30,938 nucleotides of DNA, taken from NCBI GenBank assembly GCA_038824035.1, contig JAWBBW010000017.1:1-30938 (forward strand), read 5' to 3'. The first letter of the stretch is position 1. Every line of letters starts with the position of its first letter. The position numbers and the translations under genes are program-made. The stretch comes from Desulfurococcaceae archaeon (GTDB lineage: Archaea; Thermoproteota; Thermoprotei_A; Sulfolobales; Desulfurococcaceae). Positions 1-9,471 of the stretch are shown here, piece by piece. Under the pieces are notes generated by a model. The model ran no database searches, was not told where the DNA came from, and saw nothing but the letters and a program-made list of their open reading frames with translations.

Positions 1-342
1 AGAATTTCGAAGAGCCCGCCAAGGTATTACGGGATATTGATCTATGGTTCGCCCGACAGGCCATTGCTCGATAGATCACCATCAGGGACTGGTTCTTCAG
101 CTCATATAGCATATCTACATTACATAGGCGAGGTGAAAATGGGCGAATACGTTGAGTTCCTTAGCGCAATAAACACCGCGTTCAGGTGTAGGATAATCGG
201 GGAGACAAGTATAAATGGCCTTAAAGCAGTGATCCCAGAGATCTCGAGCAAGGATAAAGCTTGCTATATAACGGGGTTTTCAACATTAATAGTAGAACCA
301 GATGATCCCATCAAAGAGGGTTTCCCCCCATTAATTATATGA
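1..342 (+). CDS. Proline racemase family protein, C-terminal part (5' end outside window)
   Basis: Frame is open from base 1 (RISKSPPRYYGILIYGSPDR...). Contains DRSPSGTGSSA (family motif DRSP[C/T]G[T/S]G), the F.S.I...F...I segment, V.P.I, and the C-terminal DDP...GF motif. Confidence 0.85.
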   Translation, partial: RISKSPPRYYGILIYGSPDRPLLDRSPSGTGSSAHIAYLHYIGEVKMGEYVEFLSAINTAFRCRIIGETSINGLKAVIPEISSKDKACYITGFSTLIVEPDDPIKEGFPPLII

Positions 343-486
343 GCCTATATTCAACATCGATAAGGGCGTAAAGGACATCTTATAATAATGTTATCGGCGA
401 GGACACGTGTCAAATGGAGTTCGAGAGGTGAATAGTTCGATGCAAATGGCTATGGCCTATTCAAAACCCGAGGACATGGTGAATGC

Positions 487-930
487 TTGGTGATAAACAA
501 GATCCATGTTAAAAATCAGCGATTATGTGAGTTGAGAAGCGTATTTGAGTTATTAGCTAGACATGTAGAGCCCTCATTGAAAAGAGGGCTTGTTGAGAAA
601 TTATCGATAAAGGGCATGTCTGGGAAAGAGATAGCGTCTTGCCTTGGCTTATCACCATCACTTGTAACGAGGTACTCTAGGAAAGAACGAGGCCTACACG
701 ATTTCACACATATACCCGTTATAAATGAGAAATTAGATAAGCTGGCCGAGAAGATCACGAGTATGGGCATTTGCGGCGAAGAGGTATACGTGGAGATCGG
801 CAAATTAGCCATTTACATACTCCAACACAAATACGCGTGTGAAATACATTATGGAATAGATAGATCGATCAACCCAATCGCTTGCAAGATATGCTCGAAT
901 TTGTTCAGCGCAATCCGTGATCATGCATAA
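487..930 (+). CDS. Predicted HTH transcriptional regulator (COG2522-like) with C-terminal Cys/His motif
   Basis: GMSGKEIASCLGLSPSLVTRYSRKERG helix-turn-helix, plus C..H...C..C at the C-terminus. Start codon uncertain. Confidence 0.75.
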   Translation: MVINKIHVKNQRLCELRSVFELLARHVEPSLKRGLVEKLSIKGMSGKEIASCLGLSPSLVTRYSRKERGLHDFTHIPVINEKLDKLAEKITSMGICGEEVYVEIGKLAIYILQHKYACEIHYGIDRSINPIACKICSNLFSAIRDHA

Positions 931-985
931 TTAGTTTATCAATCACGATAAGAGATATCCCCTGGATAATATACATATTCACTAG

Positions 986-1726
986 GTGTATGCATTGTTC
1001 TCAACCTATGCCGCAATAGTCAAGAACTTACGTGGTGTCGTCTTATTAGAGCTTGGGGAAAAGGGGGTTGATAAATCACTTGATTGGCTTATCAAGAGAT
1101 TTAAGTATAGGAATCTGGGCTTAGCCCCAATAATCGCGGAGAAATACCGGGATAGAATCAAGAAATACCTAGCTGGAAACCCTTTTCGAGAACTAGCATA
1201 TCCCATTGCATCCATCAAGGAGTTCAGGGGAAAACTAGCGGAAAAACTGGAATTGAGCGAAGAAGTATTGGAAACACTTGTTTTCTCGTCAATTTACGTT
1301 TCACCAGTCATCATGATTGGGGATACGTATCTAGACGAGCTCATGGAAATATCCATAAACACTGTTAATACATGTAGAGAGCTGAATACAAATGAGTGGA
1401 AACTTCACTTGAGAATAGCTGATTACTCGGTACTGGATATGTACGAGTGGAGCATAGAGAACGCCAGATACGTGGTCTCGAGTCTAAAAACCAACAAGGA
1501 TTTCACCAACGCACTAGTTGAAAGATATAGGAGGATTGAAAAAGATAGGAAAAGGTATTGGAGAATCATGTGCAATGAAGGAAGACAAGTGTTCGTTTTA
1601 TACATAGACATGTTGAAACTAGTGATGAACAGGGAGCCTGGTTTATTGAAAGATATCGATGATGATTGTTTAGCAATCATGGGCATTATATCAGTGGTCC
1701 GCGTTCCGCCCGGTATTTCAGGGTAG
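986..1726 (+). CDS. Hypothetical protein
   Basis: 246-aa ORF with protein-like composition, co-oriented with and 22 bp from the radical SAM gene. No motif recognised. Confidence 0.7.
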   Translation: MYALFSTYAAIVKNLRGVVLLELGEKGVDKSLDWLIKRFKYRNLGLAPIIAEKYRDRIKKYLAGNPFRELAYPIASIKEFRGKLAEKLELSEEVLETLVFSSIYVSPVIMIGDTYLDELMEISINTVNTCRELNTNEWKLHLRIADYSVLDMYEWSIENARYVVSSLKTNKDFTNALVERYRRIEKDRKRYWRIMCNEGRQVFVLYIDMLKLVMNREPGLLKDIDDDCLAIMGIISVVRVPPGISG

Positions 1727-1748
1727 AATACATATAGGTGTAAATGTA

Positions 1749-2888
1749 ATGGGATTGATCAGCGATATATTGAGGGAGAAGAAAGAAGTAATCGAGAGGA
1801 TAAGGAGAACGCTAGGCCCTGATGAGATTTCGAGAGCGCTCAGAGATCACCACAGCAAGCGTAGACCTAGACCTTGTGGCATAACCATTCACACCGGTAT
1901 TGGATGTAGCTATGGATGTACATATTGCTATATATACGACATGGGGTTCCCCGGTAAGGTTACTCCATATCCATTGAAACCTGCTGAAATGGCCTTCGCC
2001 ATCGCTACTAATCCATATGTATTGCCTAGAATGGTTTTCGCCGCTTACGGCTCTGTCACAGAGCCTTTCCTAGAGGAGACAAGGAATCTATCGATACAAT
2101 ACATTGGGGAAGTGTATAAGTGGTTGAAATTGCCTAGCCAAGTGGCGACGAAAAGCGTGTTGAATGATTTACTGGCCTCTGAGCTCAAGAACACTGATCC
2201 AATGCTTAACGTACTTATAACGATAATCACGATTGAAAGATATGCCGAATTAGAGCCATGTGCACCGAGCCCATTAGATAGAATAGAAGGGGGCTCTATT
2301 GCCGCGGACAAGAAATTGAACGTGACATTGTTTGTTAGACCAATAATCCCAGGGATAACTAACAAGGAAATAGACAAGGTACTCTCAATAGCCATTGAAA
2401 AGGGAATTGATACAGTTGTATTCGGATCCCTCAGAGTGACCCATGGGATATTACGTAGGCTTAAAGCCAGGCTAGGCAACATCGTGGATATAGAAAAGAG
2501 ATTGGACAAGATGCCGAGATCCAGTACTCAACAAGTGCCAATCAAGGCTATGGATATAAAGAAAAAGCTGGTTAAAACAGCCATTGATTACGGATTTAAA
2601 GTGTTCGAGACTGCTTGCTCAGCCAATGTGAACGCCCATAGGGAGTTTTGCAATGCATGTGGATACGGGCCTTGCGGCGATCCAAGCAAGAAACCGCGTT
2701 TCTCGAGTAATGATGTGCTTGAATACCTAGAGCACTTTAATATAAGTGCCAAGGACATGGAAATCGACGAGGACCATGTAAGATTATATATATTACCGAG
2801 GAACCATGTGGACAGAGTACTCGATATCGTTAAGTATCATTTATCATTCAGCACCAGGTTGAGAGTAAGGCTCCACTTAACCAAGTGA
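1749..2888 (+). CDS. Radical SAM protein (SplB/COG1533-like archaeal family)
   Basis: CxxxCxxC motif GCSYGCTYCY; GSVTEPF, TKS and RPIIPGIT segments typical of this subfamily; GGTG RBS upstream. Confidence 0.85.
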   Translation: MGLISDILREKKEVIERIRRTLGPDEISRALRDHHSKRRPRPCGITIHTGIGCSYGCTYCYIYDMGFPGKVTPYPLKPAEMAFAIATNPYVLPRMVFAAYGSVTEPFLEETRNLSIQYIGEVYKWLKLPSQVATKSVLNDLLASELKNTDPMLNVLITIITIERYAELEPCAPSPLDRIEGGSIAADKKLNVTLFVRPIIPGITNKEIDKVLSIAIEKGIDTVVFGSLRVTHGILRRLKARLGNIVDIEKRLDKMPRSSTQQVPIKAMDIKKKLVKTAIDYGFKVFETACSANVNAHREFCNACGYGPCGDPSKKPRFSSNDVLEYLEHFNISAKDMEIDEDHVRLYILPRNHVDRVLDIVKYHLSFSTRLRVRLHLTK

Positions 2889-3025
2889 ATCTCAACCATT
2901 CATGTCAAAAAGGGACCACGGTATTTCATACGTGATCCCATGGATCGAATAAAGTGTATTTCAATTGGAATGTTTTTAACCAATCATTGCTATTGGATCT
3001 ATGAATTGAAACACATGATGATGTT

Positions 3026-4258
3026 ATGCTTAAATTAATTAACGTAGCGATCTCATTCATAGTCATGTTGTTTACAAACATAGGTGTAATAGGGTCTCTG
3101 TTAATCCTGTATATCAGGGAAATATACAGGCTTGAAACGATCACGCCCATAGCTGTTTCATTCACCATTGGAGGAATGCTCTCCGCTATATCAATGCCCA
3201 TCGCTGGCCATGTATATGATAAAAAAGGTCCCCGTGTAATGCTCTCATTTACCGCTTCATGTACATTACTATGGGGTCTTTGCATGTATTTGATGGGGAA
3301 AACTGGTTCATGGAGTCATGCTATGATTGCTTGGTATTTTGCATGGGCTTTCCAAGGATTCGCGTTTCCATTTGTAGTGATGAGCATAAATCCTGTTTTA
3401 ATGATGACATTTCCGGATAGACGCGGCCTCGTCATATCTATTACACAATCCGCCCAGGCCTTATCCATGGCTTTCTGGCCATACATGTTGAGACATATGG
3501 CACAGGTCCTCGGGTTTTTCAACGCATTGGCAACTATAGGCGTCTTGAATGCATTGATATTGATGTTCGCCTCTGCTCTACATAATCGGCTAAATGGCTA
3601 TGCCAAGCCCAGTGGGCATGAAAAAGCATCCGCGTTGCCTGGGAACCAGAGGCGTGTGACAGGGCTTATAACGGTTTTCCTGATGATCTTCTTCATAGCC
3701 ATGTCCTCTATGATCATAATGAGCTTTTTCGCCGGTATACTAGAGGATTTGTTTCAAGGCCCTGGCAAGCATATAACCGATGTCAATGGAACATTAATAC
3801 CCTTGATAATGAGCTTGACAGGGCTGTTACAGGCATTAATGGCCATGCCATGGGGCATTCTCATAGATAAGATCGGCCCTTTCAAGACGATCCCAGCGAC
3901 ATATATGGCAGAGACGTTGTCAACGTTCCTGGCCTTTATAACGTATACATCGAATCCATGGATCACCTCGGTATTCATAGTCATGAGATACGTGTTTTTC
4001 ACCGGTGAGCCGGTTGCGCACTGGACACTCATACCCTTGATTTTCGGCATAGAGAACTTTGGATTGATCTCCGGCACATTAAACTCCGCGCCCATTGCAT
4101 CATCTATTATAGCGCCTCTTCTAGGCGGTTTGATCAAGGATATCACTGGGAGTTACCGGGCATTACTGATATTATCCACCGGGTTATCATTACTGGCTTT
4201 CTCCGTGTATGGAATTAAACTACGAGAATTAATGTCCACGCGCTCCGCGACCGAATAA
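3026..4258 (+). CDS. MFS transporter (possibly oxalate:formate antiporter/MCT-like)
   Basis: About 12 hydrophobic helices; MFS motif A twice (GHVYDKKGPR, GILIDKIGP); FPDRRGL and FG.ENFG...G...APLLGG.IKDITGSY segments. Confidence 0.85.
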   Translation: MLKLINVAISFIVMLFTNIGVIGSLLILYIREIYRLETITPIAVSFTIGGMLSAISMPIAGHVYDKKGPRVMLSFTASCTLLWGLCMYLMGKTGSWSHAMIAWYFAWAFQGFAFPFVVMSINPVLMMTFPDRRGLVISITQSAQALSMAFWPYMLRHMAQVLGFFNALATIGVLNALILMFASALHNRLNGYAKPSGHEKASALPGNQRRVTGLITVFLMIFFIAMSSMIIMSFFAGILEDLFQGPGKHITDVNGTLIPLIMSLTGLLQALMAMPWGILIDKIGPFKTIPATYMAETLSTFLAFITYTSNPWITSVFIVMRYVFFTGEPVAHWTLIPLIFGIENFGLISGTLNSAPIASSIIAPLLGGLIKDITGSYRALLILSTGLSLLAFSVYGIKLRELMSTRSATE

Positions 4259-4350
4259 GCCGGGAATACTGAGAATACTGAGATACTTGAATTTATATTA
4301 AAATAATCGGGGATCTATAAGGATCTATAGGCTAGGTCTATGTGATATTC

Positions 4351-5106
4351 ATGTCTGAAAAGGATAGGCGAGATATCCTTTTAAGTAGGGCCAGGGAATT
4401 CGTTGAGAGATCCAAGGAGACTGATTACGTGATGCCGATCATATTGCCATTTATACCAGCCATCATGATGGCTATCGGATCCATACTCTTGATAATAGGG
4501 TTTATCACGTGGTTTATACATGGCGGCATATTAGTAGTGATAGGCTTTGTAACAATATTGTCAGGTATAATCATAAACTTCTACGTCATCTATAAATGGA
4601 TTGAAAGAAGGAACAAGCACTTCGAGCGGACATTATTGTTCTTCGAGATCATTGGTGAGATTGCCGTAATATTGGGGTTTAAGAGGACATATATTATAAA
4701 GACCAGGTTAAACGAGCTCAAAGCCATCAACTCCACTATGAGAAGTGCGTTAGGCAACACGATCTTAACAATACTACCGCTGTATATATACTATGTCTAT
4801 CATTTCCTTAACAAGGACTTTGCAAAGCACTCTGAAAAAGAGAGGTTATTACTCAACGAGATATTCGACGAACTGAAGGAGAGAAACCAGTTGTTTGTCA
4901 GGAGACTTGAGGAATTCCGAGATGTACCTGATAGAAGCACTTTACTATACTTTATATTAACGTTTTTGACAGGAGGGCTTTTCCTAATATATTGGGTCTA
5001 TACATTGACGAAGGACCCCAATACTCATTTCGAGTCACACAGTGTTATCGAGAGGGATATAATGGATGCTCTCGCCAATATTGTCGCGAGGACTAAGGAG
5101 CATTGA
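4351..5106 (+). CDS. Membrane protein, DUF4234-like
   Basis: Repeated TM hairpin followed by Y..Y.W...RN.HF and YWVY.L.KD.N.HF units. ATG at 4351 preferred over GTG at 4342. Confidence 0.7.
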   Translation: MSEKDRRDILLSRAREFVERSKETDYVMPIILPFIPAIMMAIGSILLIIGFITWFIHGGILVVIGFVTILSGIIINFYVIYKWIERRNKHFERTLLFFEIIGEIAVILGFKRTYIIKTRLNELKAINSTMRSALGNTILTILPLYIYYVYHFLNKDFAKHSEKERLLLNEIFDELKERNQLFVRRLEEFRDVPDRSTLLYFILTFLTGGLFLIYWVYTLTKDPNTHFESHSVIERDIMDALANIVARTKEH

Positions 5107-5122
5107 ACACTAGATAGGGTTT

Positions 5123-5551
5123 TTAATGAAACGACTCCTTCTCCATATTAACCTCTATATATGTGATCGCCCCTGTGGGACACGTGCTTGCACAGGCTGG
5201 TGGTAGGTTTTTCAATAGCCTATGATAACATAGATCGCACTTAGTTATTAGACCTAGCTTGTCAATCACCTTGATCGAGTTATATGGGCATATTTTCACA
5301 CACTCCAAGCATTTAGTGCACTTGGAGTGATCTATCAATACAACATCACTGGATTTATTTAATGCGTTTGCCGGGCACTTTGTAACACAGAGCGGGTTTG
5401 TGCAATGTAGACAAGTGTATGGTATGGATATCCTTGCCTCATCCATTACATATACTTCTATGTTGTTGATACCATTATGTTCTCTTGCACAAGCTATTTC
5501 ACATGCTTTACAACCGATACATAGCTTTGGATATATCAGTAGTCTCCCCAT
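5123..5551 (-). CDS. 4Fe-4S dicluster electron-transfer subunit (formate dehydrogenase beta / HycB-like)
   Basis: Four Cys clusters: CIGCKACEIAC, CLHCTNPLCVTKCP, CTKCLECVKICP, KCDLC...PACASTCP. Overlaps the end of fdhA; ATG at 5551 follows a GGTG RBS. Confidence 0.9.
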   Translation of the reverse strand: MGRLLIYPKLCIGCKACEIACAREHNGINNIEVYVMDEARISIPYTCLHCTNPLCVTKCPANALNKSSDVVLIDHSKCTKCLECVKICPYNSIKVIDKLGLITKCDLCYHRLLKNLPPACASTCPTGAITYIEVNMEKESFH

Positions 5552-7604
5552 TCCACGCACCTGTTTTAGTCTTAACTATTCTGCATGCACATACCTTGGT
5601 CTCAGGTATCTTGGAAACAGGGTCTAACGCGTCATTTGTTAACACATTCGCCCCCCAATGCCAGGGGAGCGACACCAGGTATTCCGGCACATCGTCGACT
5701 ATGCGTGCCCGAGCTGTGTATTCCCCTCTTCTAGTGATCAATTTAACTACGTCGCCTTCTTCTATTCCATGTCTTCTCGCCGTAGCCGGGTTTATCAATA
5801 CCTCTGGCTCACGCCATCTCTTCGCAATAAGCTGTGATCTACCCGTCATAGTGTTGGAGTGATATACACCGACAACCCTGTGAGTAGTTAATATGAGTGG
5901 GTATTCCTCGTCGGGGAGTTCCGCCGATTGTTTATGTTCCACTGGGATCAATACGAGCTTGCCATCAGGCGTGTTGAATTCATCAACGTAGAGTATCCTA
6001 GTACCCGGGTGCTCAATGGAGTAACAAGGATATATTACACCTCCAACAGTGTTCTTCAATCTCTCAGGAGTGGCTCCAGCCAATGCCGGGATCACCTTGT
6101 TTATCTCCACTAAGACGTCTTCCGGGGTTGAATATGGAAAATATCTCCCAAGGCCCAGTTCCCTGGATATGGATATTAGTATGCTTAGATCGGGCCTAGC
6201 CTCTCCGGGTGGATCAAGTGCTTTAAAAGACCATTGAATCCTTCTCTCAGTGCTTATAAAACTCCCCTCTTTCTCGGCACAGGCCGCAGCTGGTAACAAT
6301 ATATCAGCTAATGCAGCTGTCTCTGTCATAAATATATCCTCGACAACTAGGAAATCCAGTTTTTCCAGGTTCTTGACGACATTGGTTGAATTAGCCATGG
6401 AAACGGCAGGATTAGATCCCACTATGTACATCACGCGTATATCCCCATTGCCAGCACCGCTGATTAAACACGGCAATGCGAGTCCAGGCTCACTTGGTAT
6501 TTCATCAACACCCCATAAACTAGCAATCCTGATCCTTTCAGCGTCATCTAAGACGCTTACAAGGCCCGGGAGGAATTCCGGCAACGCCCCCATATATGAA
6601 GCCCCCTGTACATTATTCTGACCCCTTAAACCACCTACACATGTCCCCGGCTTGCCATACCAACCCAGTAATGCTGCAAGATTGATCAAGGCCAATACAT
6701 TATAATAACCCATGGAGTGTTGTGTAACGCCCATTGACCAGAGCAAAGATCCTTTCCTAGTAGAGCCCATAATTCGCGCTGTCTCCAAGATCAATGATGA
6801 TGGCACATTACTTATCTCCTCTACCATTTCCGGTGTATATTTTTTGACTGTAGCTAACAATTGATCAAAGCCCTTAGTCCTATTCCTTATGAACTCCTCG
6901 TCATATAGCCTCTCACTTATGATCACATTCATCAACGCGTTCGCGACCACGATGTCTGTGCCGGGCTTTAGCTGAATATGGATGTCAGCGAACCACGCTG
7001 TCCTAGTTCTCCTAGGATCTACGACTATTAATACAGAGCCTTTCCTCTTAGCCTCGATTATGTATTTAAATAGGACTGGGTATGTCTCAGCTGGATTAGT
7101 ACCCCATGTCACGATCACTTCTGACTCAGCTATGTCGTGATATGTCCCAGTTAGGCCACCAACACCCATTGTCTTGGACATAGCCAGTAATGTCGGTGAA
7201 TGACATAGCCTGGCACAGTGATCTACGTTATTAGTTCCCAATAACCTAGCTAGTTTTTGGATTAAATAATTCTCCTCATTAAAGCACTTGGCGCTAGCTA
7301 TAAACCCGATCGAGTCTGGCCCATATTTCTTAGCCACATCCTTTATGACACTCGCGATCTCTCTAATCGCATCTCTCCAAGATATCTCCTTGAAACCGCT
7401 TTCAGTTCTTTTCAACGGCTTTTTCAATCTATCCTGTGAGATGAGGAAAGAAAAATCATTTGCCTTTGGACATAATTTCCCATTATTCACTGGATGTTCG
7501 TAATCATATTCTATTCCCACATATTTATTATCAACAACTCTTAGGAAAAGCCCGCATCCAACACCACAATAAGGACAGATGACTCGGACAAATTTCTCAT
7601 CCAT
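5508..7604 (-). CDS. fdhA: Formate dehydrogenase alpha subunit (Mo/W-bis-PGD, cysteine form)
   Basis: N-terminal CPYCGVGC...CPK cluster; active site NNVDHCARLCHSP (Cys, not Sec); LRGQNNVQGA; C-terminal DPVSKIPETKVCAC. ATG at 7604 with GGGAG RBS preferred over 7667. Confidence 0.92.
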   Translation of the reverse strand: MDEKFVRVICPYCGVGCGLFLRVVDNKYVGIEYDYEHPVNNGKLCPKANDFSFLISQDRLKKPLKRTESGFKEISWRDAIREIASVIKDVAKKYGPDSIGFIASAKCFNEENYLIQKLARLLGTNNVDHCARLCHSPTLLAMSKTMGVGGLTGTYHDIAESEVIVTWGTNPAETYPVLFKYIIEAKRKGSVLIVVDPRRTRTAWFADIHIQLKPGTDIVVANALMNVIISERLYDEEFIRNRTKGFDQLLATVKKYTPEMVEEISNVPSSLILETARIMGSTRKGSLLWSMGVTQHSMGYYNVLALINLAALLGWYGKPGTCVGGLRGQNNVQGASYMGALPEFLPGLVSVLDDAERIRIASLWGVDEIPSEPGLALPCLISGAGNGDIRVMYIVGSNPAVSMANSTNVVKNLEKLDFLVVEDIFMTETAALADILLPAAACAEKEGSFISTERRIQWSFKALDPPGEARPDLSILISISRELGLGRYFPYSTPEDVLVEINKVIPALAGATPERLKNTVGGVIYPCYSIEHPGTRILYVDEFNTPDGKLVLIPVEHKQSAELPDEEYPLILTTHRVVGVYHSNTMTGRSQLIAKRWREPEVLINPATARRHGIEEGDVVKLITRRGEYTARARIVDDVPEYLVSLPWHWGANVLTNDALDPVSKIPETKVCACRIVKTKTGAWNGETTDISKAMYRL

Positions 7605-7741
7605 AAAAAGACTCCCGGTCTGTTTATTACACATTATGATGATATAATGACTGCCCTTTAAAATCACCTAGGGTTTATATTACATGATGAAATCCAAAAT
7701 ACAAATATATGGATCATGAAAAGAATATGTAGAAACTACAA

Positions 7742-7757
7742 CCTGGTATATACCAGG
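7742..7757. promoter_or_regulatory. Perfect 16-bp palindrome, candidate operator or terminator between mobA and fdhA
   Basis: CCTGGTATATACCAGG is its own reverse complement and is intergenic. Function is inferred only. Confidence 0.35.
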
Positions 7758-7768
7758 ATCCGCATTGC

Positions 7769-8377
7769 TCAATATAGATGGATGATGACTAGATCTTTAA
7801 TTTTGTTTAAATCATCTAATGTGTTTATATTGAATAACTCTCCACGAGGATCCTTAAACACTTGATCAACATCGAGGTACATTATTGATTCAGAGTTATT
7901 CAAACATCTATTGATACTTAATTCCCCTTTCAACAAGCATATCTCCAGTAGATCAATAGCTTTACTCCTATATATTGCGAAAAGTGGTTCTAGGTAACGC
8001 GTTGAACGCCACCTAGGTATGCACGCACTCGCTGAATTGATGCACATGGATAAAAGCCTTTTGATGCTTTCAATACTGATGAATGGTGTATCACATGCTA
8101 TCACAAAGAATTCGTTGAATATCCTTAATTGATAAATAGCTGTTAAAGGTCCAGCCAAGATATTGTCGATAATTACATTAAACCCAAGGTCAATCAGGTG
8201 ATTCGCGTTCAAGTGTGAAGCCAATACATGTATATCGGTGAATTCCCTCGACCTCTCCAATTTTCTATAAATAATCTCAAGTAATGACGTGCCACCGAGG
8301 TTGTGGAGACATTTATCAACTGAGAGCATTCTGGATGACCTACCGCCAGCCAAGATAACTGCTATCAATAAAAACAC
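7769..8377 (-). CDS. mobA: Molybdenum cofactor guanylyltransferase
   Basis: ILAGGRSSRM...DK, GPL, ACDTPF, EPLFAIY and FNINT.DD motifs. Confidence 0.92.
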   Translation of the reverse strand: MFLLIAVILAGGRSSRMLSVDKCLHNLGGTSLLEIIYRKLERSREFTDIHVLASHLNANHLIDLGFNVIIDNILAGPLTAIYQLRIFNEFFVIACDTPFISIESIKRLLSMCINSASACIPRWRSTRYLEPLFAIYRSKAIDLLEICLLKGELSINRCLNNSESIMYLDVDQVFKDPRGELFNINTLDDLNKIKDLVIIHLY

Positions 8378-8490
8378 CTGGATTACCTAATGGCCAGGGC
8401 ATTATTAAGTACAAATTTTAATATCTTGCACAACATAATATCAATGAGCTTGTAAAAATCCAGCATGTTGTGATCAAGACAGTGATCTTA

Positions 8491-9393
8491 ATGCTCATGG
8501 ATAGGTTTGGACGGGTAGTCGATAGCATTAGGATAAGTGTAACAGAGATTTGCAATTACAACTGCATATTTTGCCATAGAGAGGGGTTGATCAACTATAA
8601 TTCAAACAAAGAGCTCGGTGCAGAGGATTGGGGTTTTGTGGCTAAAGTGGCCGGTCTCATGGGCATCAAAGAAGCTAAGATAACAGGTGGTGAACCCCTT
8701 CTCAGAGCGGATATCGCTGATATCGTCAAGGAGATGAATATGAATGGATTGAGGACTTCTATGACAACAAATGGATATTTACTCCTAGAACACGCTAAGC
8801 GATTAGCCGAGGTCGGGATAGAACATATCAATGTCAATTTACCTTCGTTGAACCCGGCTTTGTATCAAAAAATAACGGGAGGGGTTTTGCATAAAGTCAT
8901 AAACGGTATTGATACAGCCCTCCAATATGGCATAGCACTTAAGATAAATTTCCTCGTTATATCGTTAAATGCCGGGGAGATCGAGAGGATCTTAGACTAC
9001 GCCTCATCGAGGAATATCGATGTGAATCTCATCGAGTTAATACCACTTGGTTTGAATAGTGATGAGTATAGAAACCTATATTATCCATTAAGCGATATAG
9101 AGAGCGTTATAAGCAAAAGAGCTGTTAAAACATGGACAAGGGAATTCCAATCCCGTCCCATTTACCAATTAGATACAGGCATCAAGGTCACCTTGATCAA
9201 AGGTTATGGAAATCCCGATCTCTGCTCCAAATGTACCAGGATAAGATTCACACCTGATGGAAGGATCAAGACATGTCTATTCATACAAGAATTCATTGAT
9301 TCCAGAAAACACATTATAGAGAGAAATTTAAACGGCCTAATGGGGGATTTCGTAAAAGCCATCACCATTAGAAGGCCGTATTTCACTAGGTAG
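8491..9393 (+). CDS. moaA: GTP 3',8-cyclase (molybdopterin biosynthesis)
   Basis: DRFGR...RISVT..CNYNCIFCH.EG, ITGGEPLLR, TTNG, and C-terminal C..C.RIR.T.DG.IK.CL. Start at 8491 or 8497 more likely than 8470. Confidence 0.93.
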   Translation: MLMDRFGRVVDSIRISVTEICNYNCIFCHREGLINYNSNKELGAEDWGFVAKVAGLMGIKEAKITGGEPLLRADIADIVKEMNMNGLRTSMTTNGYLLLEHAKRLAEVGIEHINVNLPSLNPALYQKITGGVLHKVINGIDTALQYGIALKINFLVISLNAGEIERILDYASSRNIDVNLIELIPLGLNSDEYRNLYYPLSDIESVISKRAVKTWTREFQSRPIYQLDTGIKVTLIKGYGNPDLCSKCTRIRFTPDGRIKTCLFIQEFIDSRKHIIERNLNGLMGDFVKAITIRRPYFTR

Positions 9394-9471
9394 TCTTTAT
9401 CCTGGAGACAATCTACATGCGTTGATTTTAATCAAAAGTTGACATATATTTTGATGCCGAGGGGCGAGGAC

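Noticed and set aside
5508-5551. Overlap of the fdhA tail with the Fe-S subunit gene
   Set aside because: A short overlap from a non-conserved C-terminal extension; consistent with ordinary translational coupling.
7195-7235. Selenocysteine in formate dehydrogenase
   Set aside because: The active site reads HCARLCH with Cys codons and the frame has no internal TGA.
7630-7700. ATGATGA box-C-like motifs (also near 3015) suggesting C/D sRNAs
   Set aside because: No properly spaced CTGA D box was found by eye.
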